27,992 nt of DNA from Candidatus Yanofskybacteria bacterium RIFOXYD1_FULL_42_10 (GTDB taxonomy: Bacteria; Patescibacteriota; Minisyncoccia; 2-02-FULL-40-12; GWA2-44-9), in contig MGLG01000046.1 of NCBI GenBank assembly GCA_001795975.1, positions 1 through 27,992 on the forward strand, read 5' to 3'. Below are positions 1 to 9,214 of this stretch, piece by piece (positions within the stretch are counted from its first letter, which is position 1; every line of letters starts with the position of its first letter). Below the pieces are notes generated by a model. The model searched no databases, was not told the origin of the DNA, and saw only the letters and a list, made by a program, of their open reading frames with translations. Position numbers and translations under genes: made by a program.

Positions 1-2
1 TA

Positions 3-190
3 GAAAAGAGCCGCGAGTATTTTCAACTCTTAAGAGAAGTAAGAATCAAAACAGATTTTTATCAGTATATTCTTGGTCATGTTTTTGAACCGGTTGGCAT
101 CGCCGTCGTCGTGTTGTTTTTTCTTTTTTATCAGAAATTACCCGGTTTTAATGTTGTTACTTTTGCTGCCATTGTGTATTTAATTGAAAA
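3..190 (+). pseudogene. C-terminal part of the transmembrane domain of an ABC exporter (5'-truncated by the window edge), out of frame with its ATPase domain
   Basis: The frame starting at position 3 is open (EKSREYFQLLREVRIKTDFYQYILGHVFEPVGIAVVVLFFLFYQKLPGFNVVTFAAIVYLIEK) and contains hydrophobic helices. It joins the 191 ORF only if one base is added near the A5 run at 187-191. Confidence 0.65.
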
Positions 191-1069
191 ATGTTTATTT
201 ATATTCAGGCGGCTCAGGGAGAGATATACACCATTAATCAAACTGCCCCGTATCTTAAAGTGTTTACAGATTTCCGAACTTCGGCGGAAGAAAATAAAGA
301 AATCAGCGATGGCAAAGATGCATTTAGTTTCAGCAAGAATCTTTGTTTCAGTAATGTGGTTTTTTCTTATTCTGATGACAGAAAAATTTTATCCGATATT
401 AATTTATTAATATCCAAAGGGGAGATGATCGGGCTAATTGGGCCATCGGGTGCTGGTAAGACAACCATCGTAGATCTTATATTGCGTTTATTCAATCCTT
501 CTTTCGGCGAAATTTTGATTGATGAAAAACCGGTTACAAAAATAGATTTGGAAAAATGGCGCAACAACATACGATATGTTTCGCAAGATATTTTTCTTCT
601 CAATGATACGATAGAAAATAATATTAAGTTTTTTGATGAAACCATCCGGCATAAAGATGTAATTGAGGCCACCAAGATGGCAAATGTCTATGATTTTATT
701 AATTCTTTGCCGCAGGGTTTTGATACTATTATCGGAGAAAGAGGCGGTATGCTTTCCGGTGGTGAAAGACAGAGAGTGGCATTGGCCCGCGCTCTTGTTA
801 AAATTCCAAGCTTACTGATTCTTGATGAAGCGACAAGTTCTTTAGGCAGTGAATCCGAATCTCTTATTCAGCAGGCAATTGATAATCTTCGGGGCAGGAC
901 TACCGTTGTTATTATTGCGTACCGACTTTCAACAGTAACCGATTGCGATAAAATTATGGTTCTTGAGAATGGAGAGATAGCAGAGCAGGGCTCGCCGAAA
1001 GAGTTATTAAACAACCCCAGCTCAACATTTTATAAAATGTACAATACTCAACATAAGTCTTATTCTTAA
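191..1069 (+). CDS. ABC transporter ATP-binding domain (MsbA/PglK-like glycan exporter), 3' part of a frameshifted gene
   Basis: Walker A GPSGAGKT, Q-loop YVSQD, signature LSGGERQR, Walker B LILDEATS. The D-loop (SSLG) and H-loop (IAYR) are non-canonical. Confidence 0.85.
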   Translation: MFIYIQAAQGEIYTINQTAPYLKVFTDFRTSAEENKEISDGKDAFSFSKNLCFSNVVFSYSDDRKILSDINLLISKGEMIGLIGPSGAGKTTIVDLILRLFNPSFGEILIDEKPVTKIDLEKWRNNIRYVSQDIFLLNDTIENNIKFFDETIRHKDVIEATKMANVYDFINSLPQGFDTIIGERGGMLSGGERQRVALARALVKIPSLLILDEATSSLGSESESLIQQAIDNLRGRTTVVIIAYRLSTVTDCDKIMVLENGEIAEQGSPKELLNNPSSTFYKMYNTQHKSYS

Positions 1070-1111
1070 GCAAATCATTAAAACTGACCGTGGAGGGCGG
1101 AAAGTAATTAA

Positions 1112-3022
1112 ATGGAAGAAATAAAAATCGGCAATAAAAAGGTCGGAGGCAATAACCCAGTTTTTGTTGTGGCTGAAATCGGTTTAAACCATCAGGGAGA
1201 TGTAAAAATTGCCAAAAAATTGATTGATTTGGCTGTTGGAGCCGGATTTGATTGTGTGAAATTCCAAAAACGCAATCTGGATAAAATTTATAAAAAAAAT
1301 GTCTTGGCCAATCCGGAAAATCAAGAACATGGGAATCACTATGTTTTAGAAAATCTTAAAAAAACAGAACTCACAGAAAGCGAGATGAGGGATCTCTGCC
1401 TCTATAGTCGCAAAAAGGGCATAGAATTTTTATGCACTCCTTGGGATGAAGAAAGTTTAAAATTTTTATCCACTCTTAATTTGTCGGCTTATAAAATTTC
1501 TTCCGCCGACATGATTAATTTTAAGCTTATTCACGCAGCTTCTTTATTAAACAAACCGCTGATTATTTCTACGGGAATGTCTTTTGTGTCGGAGATAGAA
1601 CGCTTGGTGGAATTTTTGGGGGAAATAAGGGCGCAATATATATTGCTTCATTGCAATAGCACTTATCCTGCTCCCTATCACGACATAAACTTAAAATTTA
1701 TTCCCACCCTGATTAATAAATTTAATTGTAATGTGGGATATTCGGGGCACGAACAAGGCATTGCCGTCAGTCTTGCTGCGGTTTCAATGGGGGCTAAATT
1801 AATTGAAAGACATATCACTCTTGATGGAAATCTGCCCGGGCCGGATCATAGAGCCAGTCTTGAACCGGATGAATTTTTTGAATTAATGAAACAGATAAGA
1901 ATTGTTGAAGCGTCGCTGGGTGAACCGATACGTTATCCTTCCAGGGGCGAATATTTGAATCGCGAAGCTCTTTCTAAAAGTATAGTCGCTACCCGTAATT
2001 TAAAGATGGGCGCAGTTTTGACATATGCTGATTTGGAATTGAGAAGCCCCGGTCAAGGAACCCATCCCCTGAAGATGGATTTATTTATCGGGAAAAAACT
2101 AATCAAACGTAATGTCCCGAAACATGATTATCTTCTTGATTCGGACATAGACACATTTAGTGGGAAATTACATGCGGAAATTTCCAGTCCCGTATCACTT
2201 AATCATAAATGGGGGCTTGTTGTCAGGATGAATGATATTGACTCATTGATTTATTCAAAACCCGATTTTGTGGAGGTTCATTTAACAAGCTCGGATGTTA
2301 ATCGTGATGCTACTTATAACAAAAAATATCCATATGATTTAGTAGTGCATGGACCGGAATATAATGAAGATCTACTTCTTGATTTGTCTAACTTAGATGA
2401 CAATGTGCGGACAAAATCAATAGAATTTTTTAATAAAGCTCTTGCACATGCCAGAAAATTTAAACATTTGTTCAAAAATAGAAATAAGCCGGTCAAATTT
2501 ATCGTACACCCCGGGGGAATGAATATGGACCAACCCTTGATGGTCGAGAAAACCAAGTTATATAAAAATTTAGCGGATTCACTGAAAAAATTAGATGGCG
2601 GTGGATTTGAATTATTAATTGAAAATATGCCGTGTCATCCTTGGTATTTTGGCGGTCGGTGGTTTCATGCTTCTTTTATGGATGCGGGTGAAATTGTTAA
2701 GTTTTCGCGTAAACATAAATATGGCATTGCATTTGATATATCTCACGCCGGTTTATTTTGTAATTTGTACAATAAAGATTTGACGCAGTTTACCAAGACG
2801 ATACTCCCGGTTACTAAATATCTGCATGTATCCGACGCGGCCGGCACTAACGGCGAAGGGCTTCAGATAGGGGATGGGACGATTGACTTTAAGACGATAT
2901 TGGCCCACCTTGTTAAAACTGACCTGTGGTTTTTACCGGAGATTTGGCAGGGTCATAAATATGGCGGCGAAGGATTGCTAAAAGCTTTAAAAAAACTAAA
3001 ACTGATAGATGCTAATTTTTAA
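1112..3022 (+). CDS. neuB: NeuB-family (N-acetylneuraminate/nonulosonate) synthase with SAF domain, fused to a C-terminal xylose-isomerase-like TIM barrel
   Basis: NeuB motifs AEIGLNHQG, KFQKR, HCNSTYP, GYSGHE, IERHITLD, PDHRASL. SAF-like KSIVATRNLKMG...PGQG. C-terminal LLIENMP, FDISHA, HVSDA, PEIWQGH. Confidence 0.9.
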   Translation: MEEIKIGNKKVGGNNPVFVVAEIGLNHQGDVKIAKKLIDLAVGAGFDCVKFQKRNLDKIYKKNVLANPENQEHGNHYVLENLKKTELTESEMRDLCLYSRKKGIEFLCTPWDEESLKFLSTLNLSAYKISSADMINFKLIHAASLLNKPLIISTGMSFVSEIERLVEFLGEIRAQYILLHCNSTYPAPYHDINLKFIPTLINKFNCNVGYSGHEQGIAVSLAAVSMGAKLIERHITLDGNLPGPDHRASLEPDEFFELMKQIRIVEASLGEPIRYPSRGEYLNREALSKSIVATRNLKMGAVLTYADLELRSPGQGTHPLKMDLFIGKKLIKRNVPKHDYLLDSDIDTFSGKLHAEISSPVSLNHKWGLVVRMNDIDSLIYSKPDFVEVHLTSSDVNRDATYNKKYPYDLVVHGPEYNEDLLLDLSNLDDNVRTKSIEFFNKALAHARKFKHLFKNRNKPVKFIVHPGGMNMDQPLMVEKTKLYKNLADSLKKLDGGGFELLIENMPCHPWYFGGRWFHASFMDAGEIVKFSRKHKYGIAFDISHAGLFCNLYNKDLTQFTKTILPVTKYLHVSDAAGTNGEGLQIGDGTIDFKTILAHLVKTDLWFLPEIWQGHKYGGEGLLKALKKLKLIDANF

Positions 3023-3031
3023 TTTTTAAAA

Positions 3032-4276
3032 ATGAGATTTGATGTAAAAAAATTAGAATGGGTGGATGAAAATGCCAAGAATATTTTTAGGGTTGTACCG
3101 CCTTATTATTTGTTGAGCGGGAACAGCAACAGTGATGGAGTCGCAAAGAAAAAAGTTATTTTTTTTGGCAGTTGTTTCAAGAATTTGCCTCGCGATGTGA
3201 ATCTTTCAGAGTATGTAAAGATAACTAATCAATGCCTTGATTTTGTCAGACGCGAATGCGCTGGGTGCGATTTGTACTACAAACCCCATCCGGCTGAAAC
3301 CGATGAATCTAAATCACTCAATCTTAATTCTTTTGAAATAGAAAAAGACAAAGCCATAGGTGAAGTGTTTCTGTATAAAAATTTAGATAAAATAAAATAT
3401 GTTTTTTCATCCCACTCCACGATATCGGTACCTGCTTTTAGTTTTGGTTTAAACTCTTATGTGTTTGCAAAGCTGTTTAAATCTTCTTTTGGCGAATTCA
3501 CAAAAAAAAGCTTCGAAGGGTTTTTAAAAGGAATGCCTGAAAATTATTATATTTTTGATTTAAATAAAAAATTGGAAGAAAATAAACTATTGTTTGCTGG
3601 TGAAGATTTTTTAAGCAAGCAGTGGGCGGGGATATTGGCCAATCACAAGGGGACTGTTTGGTTTGTTGCCGATGATCCTTCTCTTGTATTATCAATATTT
3701 GCATTTGTTAAGTTGATAAGAAGTCTTGCTCCCGGCCGGAAAATCGGCATGGTTATTGGGCGGCACGAGCGCTGGGACCTTATAAATATTAATGATTTAA
3801 AAGCTAATTTTGATGAGCTGGTTTTTTTGCCCATAGTTCGGTATACCATGAGGCCTTCCATGTTATATACAGCGATAAAAACCGCCTTAACGATAAAAAG
3901 GTTTAAAATAAAACTAGAGGATATAATATTCGGTTTTGGTCCCGAGGCCTTCCCCATCAATTGTTTTGCTTCATATTTTAAGAAAAATTTGCGCATCGGG
4001 CTTATTCCTAAAACGGTTTTTTATCTTAATCATAATTTTAATCCGCCGCTAAATAATTCCGATTTTTCTATTAAGGCCACAAGGTTATTTTTTATTAATT
4101 TTATGGAGCCGTTTTTGGGTCTTTATAAAACAATAGGAAGATTGCAGCGACATGGTGACAGGGGCGGATTTGGAATTGGCAGATATCAGAGTCCGTTAAA
4201 TGAAGTTTTTGATATTGTCTATATCTCAAAATATATTGATGAGACAAAAACTCCAGTTGTAGATAAGGTTTGGTAA
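3032..4276 (+). CDS. Putative ulosonate (sialyl-like) transferase with HP motif; paralog of 18268..19476
   Basis: YKPHP plus downstream VFSSHSTIS motifs, typical of CMP-sugar GT-B transferases. Directly follows neuB. Aligns by eye along its whole length with the 18268 ORF. Confidence 0.55.
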   Translation: MRFDVKKLEWVDENAKNIFRVVPPYYLLSGNSNSDGVAKKKVIFFGSCFKNLPRDVNLSEYVKITNQCLDFVRRECAGCDLYYKPHPAETDESKSLNLNSFEIEKDKAIGEVFLYKNLDKIKYVFSSHSTISVPAFSFGLNSYVFAKLFKSSFGEFTKKSFEGFLKGMPENYYIFDLNKKLEENKLLFAGEDFLSKQWAGILANHKGTVWFVADDPSLVLSIFAFVKLIRSLAPGRKIGMVIGRHERWDLININDLKANFDELVFLPIVRYTMRPSMLYTAIKTALTIKRFKIKLEDIIFGFGPEAFPINCFASYFKKNLRIGLIPKTVFYLNHNFNPPLNNSDFSIKATRLFFINFMEPFLGLYKTIGRLQRHGDRGGFGIGRYQSPLNEVFDIVYISKYIDETKTPVVDKVW

Positions 4277-4300
4277 ACATATCGTCATAAAATAATAAAG

Positions 4301-5023
4301 ATGGGTAAATTTAAACAAACAAAAAGAATCCTATATTTAGGCGGAAAGGATGGAGAAAGATTATATCTTAATGACCTTAAATTTAAGATGGCAGACGGAA
4401 CGCGTGTTCGGGTTAAAAAAACCATGATACCCGGTAAAAATTCAAAAGACCTTATCGCTAGATCTAAGGGGAGGTATGCTCTTTTGGGATTGTTTAGCCG
4501 GCCAGGATATCGCGTGCTAGATTTTCCTTGCGGAAGCGGTTATGTGGCCGATTTCTTAAAAGAGTTTGGGATAAAGTATGAAGGTAAGGAATGCGACAAA
4601 ATAACCGTTGAATATGCCAAAAGAATGTACGGTGGCTCAAATACCCATTTTTCTTTTGGGGATCTTTGTTCTTCTAAATTAAAAATAAAATATTATGATA
4701 CGATCGGATGCATAGAAGGACTTGAACATATAGACAAAGAATACCAGGAACCGCTTATCGCCGAACTGTATTCTGCTCTTAAACCGGGAGGAACTTTGAT
4801 TATAAGCTCGCCGGAGAATACAGAGGGGGTTTCCGGCTCGAGCAAGGTTAATCCTTATCATAAGTGGGAGCTTACGAAAAATGATTTTTTAAATCTTTTA
4901 TATACCAAATTTAAATCTGAAGAAGTCGTAATAGTTTCATATAAGGTGGTGCTATCTTATGGTGCCCAATTAACAACTTGTTTTTTTGGAATTTGCCACA
5001 AAGAATATGAAAAAGAGAAATAA
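4301..5023 (+). CDS. Class I SAM-dependent methyltransferase
   Basis: Motif I VLDFPCGSGY, plus IEGLEHI and LKPGGTLIISSP. Confidence 0.85.
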   Translation: MGKFKQTKRILYLGGKDGERLYLNDLKFKMADGTRVRVKKTMIPGKNSKDLIARSKGRYALLGLFSRPGYRVLDFPCGSGYVADFLKEFGIKYEGKECDKITVEYAKRMYGGSNTHFSFGDLCSSKLKIKYYDTIGCIEGLEHIDKEYQEPLIAELYSALKPGGTLIISSPENTEGVSGSSKVNPYHKWELTKNDFLNLLYTKFKSEEVVIVSYKVVLSYGAQLTTCFFGICHKEYEKEK

Positions 5024-5783
5024 AATTGGGTGCTTTATTTTAAGCCGTTTAAGTTCTTCAAGGTTGCCCGGCAAAGCGCTTATGGAAATACGAGGAAAGC
5101 CCATTGTTCAGCATATTATTGAAAGAGCTCGCCTGATTCCTTCTTCGCAAGTTGTTGCTTTGTGCACTTCTGCTGAAAAGAGCGATGATCCGCTTGCTTT
5201 AACAGCAAAGAAATGCGGCGCCGATGTTTATCGCGGCCCTCTAAGCGATATATTGAAAAGATTTTTGGGCGCGGCTGATAAGTTCGGCGTTGATTATTTT
5301 GCCATATTTTCAGGCGACAATCTTTTTTGCGATCCACATTTGGCTGAACTTGGCATCAAGCAGATGTTGGATAACGAACTAGATTTTCTTAATGTTGCCC
5401 CAGATTTGGTTTGTGGAGGCACTCCCTATTGTGTATCTGTAAAAGCTTTACGCAAAGCCTGCCAATTAAAGAGCGATGATAATACTGAATATTATCCCAA
5501 GTTTTTTAACGGCAATAAGGAGTTTAAAGTAGCTAATCATTTGGTTGACGACCCCATTTATCACAACAAGAATGTGAGACTGACAATGGACTATCCGGAG
5601 GATTTGAAATTTGTAAAAAGAATTTTTGATGAGTTTGACACGGATTATAATTCCATGCCTCTTAAAAAAATATTGGAATTGTTAAAGCAAAAGCCGGAAA
5701 TAGTTAAAATTAACTTTGTCCGTCACAAAGATTGGGCCAAGAATCAAATACCGATGAAAGTTGTGGGGCTAGTAAAAAAATAA
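5007..5783 (+). CDS. spsF: SpsF-type acylneuraminate cytidylyltransferase family protein
   Basis: RLSSSRLPGKAL nucleotide-binding motif, YRG..SDILKRF, GDNLFCDP, RLTMDYPEDL. ATG 5007 preferred over TTG 4986. Confidence 0.85.
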   Translation: MKKRNKIGCFILSRLSSSRLPGKALMEIRGKPIVQHIIERARLIPSSQVVALCTSAEKSDDPLALTAKKCGADVYRGPLSDILKRFLGAADKFGVDYFAIFSGDNLFCDPHLAELGIKQMLDNELDFLNVAPDLVCGGTPYCVSVKALRKACQLKSDDNTEYYPKFFNGNKEFKVANHLVDDPIYHNKNVRLTMDYPEDLKFVKRIFDEFDTDYNSMPLKKILELLKQKPEIVKINFVRHKDWAKNQIPMKVVGLVKK

Positions 5784-5799
5784 ATCTAAGCCATTTAAA

Positions 5800-5825
5800 A
5801 AGCCGATTCTTTCTTGAATCGGCTT
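5800..5825. terminator. Probable bidirectional intrinsic terminator between convergent genes
   Basis: Perfect 10-bp stem AAGCCGATTC-TTTCTT-GAATCGGCTT between the stops at 5783 and 5831. Confidence 0.7.
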
Positions 5826-5830
5826 AAAGA

Positions 5831-7555
5831 TTACATATCTAAGATTTTGAAGGTTTGATTGGCGTCTATATATTCTCTGGCTTGAAGAAACTGAGCTGTC
5901 GGCATGTCTCCAAAATTCAATGGTTCACTTGCTTCGCCATGGAGAACTTTTGTGGCGTCATCTAGCTCTAAGATATATGCGAGAAATTTTTCATCATAAA
6001 TCGGTTCCCACATAACCCCGCTGGTGTTTAGTCCTGCTGGTTGAAAAGTAATTCCAAATACTCGTGTGAGCTCGTTGCGTACTCGTTCATAGTTGATGAT
6101 TGTTGTGCCTGGGTACCAAGTCAGAGTGAATATGCGAGTGTTAACTGAATCTCTTGGCAAACCTTTACTGGAATAGTATTCCTTTTGCCAGAGCATAAAT
6201 AGCACAGTTTCTTTGAGGTCATCAAGCGTTTCAGTCGGACAAGCAAGAATCCAAGTGCAGTTGGAATGAATATCATTTTCAAGCGCATTTTGAATACCGA
6301 TAATCATAGAACGCGGGAATGCATGATTTTTATTACCCCCAACTGTTACATCCATCATTCCATTAGAAAGCGTGTGGCCGCCCTTACCGATAGCTTCAAG
6401 AACCTTTGGGCTGGCGCTTTCAGGACCAAATCCGATGTATTTGCATCCTGCTTTGGCCATTATTTCAGCAGTACCTCTTGTTGTGCCATTCAGGCCGGCT
6501 ACTTCATCTAACCGGGTATGCGTTCCCCATGCGACAAGATTATTGAGTTGTTTAATTCGTCCGAGAGTAACAGCAAAATTATCATCGGGGAAGCCGTGGA
6601 ATTTAATGTTGTATTTTGCGATATGCTCACATAGTTCGCGCATAATATGCTCGGCGGAGCGGATACCCCACTTGCGTTCGCCCTGCGAACCGCGGAAACA
6701 GTACTTACATCCAAACGGGCAACCTCGGCTAGAGACAGAGGTGGTCTTTGGTGTCACATCTTGATCGTCCCAAGGAATCGCCGAACTGTTATTTGCCTGT
6801 CGGCTCCAAGAAGGCGTCCACAAATATCCTTCAAGAATTTTGTGGCTGAATACATCTTCTTTTAATAGCTCTAAGTCGGCATGAGGAAGTTTGTCTAAGT
6901 CCAAAGGCCTGTCGCCGGCATACAAAAAACGCTGACGGTCGCTGATTTCCCCAATGCAATATGGTGATAGTTTGCCAGAATTCAATGCGTTGGTTAGCCC
7001 TATCTGCTTGATAGTAATAGCATCGTAAGCAATTTTTATTATGATGTCGTCGCCTTCGGAATGAGCCACTCCGTCAAACTCAGGAATATAACTAAATAAG
7101 TGCGTTTTTAGCTCGGTAGCAAGGCCGCCGCCAGTGACCAAAAATACATTTGGCAAAATCTGTCTGATTATCTGTGCTAAAATTTGTTGCCAGCGAAACG
7201 TAGTAATTTTGCCGGAAAAAGCTACAAGATCAGGTTCGCCATGCACATCAAAATGTTTTCGGATCAATGTTTCTGCTTCGGCGGGCGTTTTGTGTCGCCC
7301 CCAAGGTAAGCCTCTTTTTTGTGCATCTTCGTCTTTTATGCGATATGCATTCAAATCAATAATAGAAGCATTTACGCTATAATTTTTTCTAAGGTTGGTT
7401 GCCAAAAGCAGTGGTCCTTCAGGAGTAGTATTTGGCCTTGCACTTTCGCGCAAAGGCATGTTGATGAATACAACATTCATCCCGCGTAAATCAGCCGGCA
7501 TAATGTCTTTAATAACTTCTGACGGATGAAAATATTCGGAAGAAATTTGGCTCAT
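5831..7555 (-). CDS. B12-binding-domain radical SAM protein (class B methyltransferase-like)
   Basis: SRGCPFGCKYC (CxxxCxxC), FPDDNF, GPESAS. N-terminal B12-domain-like segments PEGPLLLAT, DLVAFSG, VTGGGLAT, HSEGD. SD AAGGAG. Confidence 0.85.
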   Translation of the reverse strand: MSQISSEYFHPSEVIKDIMPADLRGMNVVFINMPLRESARPNTTPEGPLLLATNLRKNYSVNASIIDLNAYRIKDEDAQKRGLPWGRHKTPAEAETLIRKHFDVHGEPDLVAFSGKITTFRWQQILAQIIRQILPNVFLVTGGGLATELKTHLFSYIPEFDGVAHSEGDDIIIKIAYDAITIKQIGLTNALNSGKLSPYCIGEISDRQRFLYAGDRPLDLDKLPHADLELLKEDVFSHKILEGYLWTPSWSRQANNSSAIPWDDQDVTPKTTSVSSRGCPFGCKYCFRGSQGERKWGIRSAEHIMRELCEHIAKYNIKFHGFPDDNFAVTLGRIKQLNNLVAWGTHTRLDEVAGLNGTTRGTAEIMAKAGCKYIGFGPESASPKVLEAIGKGGHTLSNGMMDVTVGGNKNHAFPRSMIIGIQNALENDIHSNCTWILACPTETLDDLKETVLFMLWQKEYYSSKGLPRDSVNTRIFTLTWYPGTTIINYERVRNELTRVFGITFQPAGLNTSGVMWEPIYDEKFLAYILELDDATKVLHGEASEPLNFGDMPTAQFLQAREYIDANQTFKILDM

Positions 7556-7574
7556 GATATTCTCCTTCTTTTTA

Positions 7575-7663
7575 TGTCAAAGAACTTAAGAAAAGCATAT
7601 CAAATAATATTGACTTGAGCAATAACTATGATATATTGTCAGTTGCTCGTTAACAATAAGGAG
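7575..7663. promoter_or_regulatory. Overlapping divergent sigma70-type promoters, each followed by a boxA-like 12-mer
   Basis: Minus strand: TTGCTC(7622-7617)-17nt-TATGCT(7599-7594) with TG extension, then AGTTCTTTGACA(7586-7575). Plus strand: TTGACT(7610-7615)-16nt-TATATT(7632-7637) with TG extension, then TGCTCGTTAACA(7644-7655) and SD AAGGAG. Confidence 0.55.
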
Positions 7664-7673
7664 AATCACAAAC

Positions 7674-8222
7674 ATGAACCATGAATTGATGGAAAAATTT
7701 AAGAAAGTAAAAATTCTTGCTCTTGATTGCGATGGGGTTATGGCTCCGCTCTATATAGATACCGGAGTTATTATGGATGTTGAAAATGCTATGAAATTTT
7801 ATAATCGAGAATATAAATATGTAGTTGAAATATCAAGGTTCAATCATCGCGACGGACAGGGGATTGATCTGATGAGGGCGGCTAACATTCCGGTTGTGGT
7901 TATAACTAGACAGAGAAGCGGATACATAGATGCAAGGTGCTTCAAGCTTGGTATTCCATGCGTAAAAGTTGAAGATAAACTAGAGGGACTTAAAAATTGG
8001 CTCAAAAACACGCATCCCAAAGTAAGCTTGAGCGAAGTTTGTTACATGGGAGATGATATCAGCGATATCCATGTTTTACAGGTTGTAGGAGCGCCTGTGA
8101 CTGTGGCTGATGCTATATCTGAAGCTAAAGCTATTGCGGTGCATATTACCCAAAATAAAGGCGGAGACGGTGCCATAAGAGAAGTTTGCTCTCTGATCCT
8201 AAACGCAAGATGTCTTAAATAG
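7674..8222 (+). CDS. KdsC/YrbI-family HAD phosphatase (ulosonate-phosphate phosphatase-like)
   Basis: ILALDCDGV (DxD), RDGQGI, YMGDDISD, GGDGAIREV. Confidence 0.85.
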   Translation: MNHELMEKFKKVKILALDCDGVMAPLYIDTGVIMDVENAMKFYNREYKYVVEISRFNHRDGQGIDLMRAANIPVVVITRQRSGYIDARCFKLGIPCVKVEDKLEGLKNWLKNTHPKVSLSEVCYMGDDISDIHVLQVVGAPVTVADAISEAKAIAVHITQNKGGDGAIREVCSLILNARCLK

Positions 8223-8356
8223 CAAGTGCAAAGTGAGTCAAAGTTTATTCAAGACGAACCAGTTAAAAGCTGGTTTTTTATTTGACTAATTCTAATCTTT
8301 GTGTAATATTTTGGAACAAGTTTGAATGTCCCTTAACAATTAATAGAGGAGTAAAA

Positions 8357-9199
8357 ATGAATACGCAGAATGTCCAAATATTTACTAAGTTTGATCTGAC
8401 TGGCAGGACAGCGATTGTTACTGGCGGTATGGGATTGCTTGGTGCGGAATACGTTAAAACGCTTGCTCTGGCAGGAGCTATCGTTGCGATTTTTGATATT
8501 CAATCTAAATTTCCGCAACACCTTCTGGCGATGATAGAAAAAGGCCACGATATTAAGTCGTTTATGGTTGATATAACCAATCAAGGATCTGTCGGGCAAG
8601 GGTTTGATGAGCTTGTTGAGTCTGTTGGAACGCCAACCATACTTATCAATAATGCTGGTTTGGATTCTCATCCTCATACTTCTATAAGTCAAAATGGTCC
8701 GTTTGGAACTTATTCTGAGGAGACATGGGATGCCGTGATTGATTCTCATCTCAAGGGCGCGTTTTTAATGTCTCGTGAATTTTTCCGATGGTTTATGCTG
8801 TCACATCAAAGCAGGGGTAGCATAATTAATATTTCTTCCACATATGGCTTGGTAAGTCCTGATCAATCAGTTTATGAATACCGGCGCAAGAGGGGTGAAG
8901 ATTTCTTTAAACCCGTTGCTTATTCAGTTGCCAAGGCGGGAATGATTGGATTTACAAAATGGCTTGCCGAATATGGGGGACCCATGGGTATCAGAGTAAA
9001 TGCTCTTGTCCCCGGCGGAGTATTGGCTAATCAAGGGCTGGAACAAGAGTTTATTGAGCAGTATGTAAAAAGAACCATGCTTAAGAGAATGGCTTTGCCT
9101 TCGGATTATAACGAAGCAATTTTATTTCTTGCGTCCGATGCTTCGGCTTATATGACGGGCGCAAATCTTGTGGTTGACGGTGGGTGGACAGCTAGATGA
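8357..9199 (+). CDS. SDR-family oxidoreductase
   Basis: TGGMGLLG, NNAG, YSVAK (YxxxK), IRVNALVPGG, VVDGGWTA. Start placed at ATG 8357 behind SD GAGGAG. Confidence 0.9.
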   Translation: MNTQNVQIFTKFDLTGRTAIVTGGMGLLGAEYVKTLALAGAIVAIFDIQSKFPQHLLAMIEKGHDIKSFMVDITNQGSVGQGFDELVESVGTPTILINNAGLDSHPHTSISQNGPFGTYSEETWDAVIDSHLKGAFLMSREFFRWFMLSHQSRGSIINISSTYGLVSPDQSVYEYRRKRGEDFFKPVAYSVAKAGMIGFTKWLAEYGGPMGIRVNALVPGGVLANQGLEQEFIEQYVKRTMLKRMALPSDYNEAILFLASDASAYMTGANLVVDGGWTAR

Positions 9200-9214
9200 T
9201 TACAAGGAGGATAA

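Noticed and set aside
111-410. 99-aa ORF as an independent gene
   Set aside because: Its first 27 codons continue the open TM-domain frame from the window start. The remainder overlaps the ATPase ORF out of frame and is best explained as post-frameshift run-off.
1292-1299. A8 and similar homopolymer runs as phase-variation tracts
   Set aside because: They are in frame in intact genes, short, and expected in AT-rich, lysine-rich sequence. No long G/C or SSR tracts lie in coding regions.
9197-9199. TGA-to-Gly recoding (code 25, Gracilibacteria/Absconditabacteria)
   Set aside because: TGA cleanly ends the SDR gene (followed by SD and the next start) and wzx, and long ORFs are intact under code 11.
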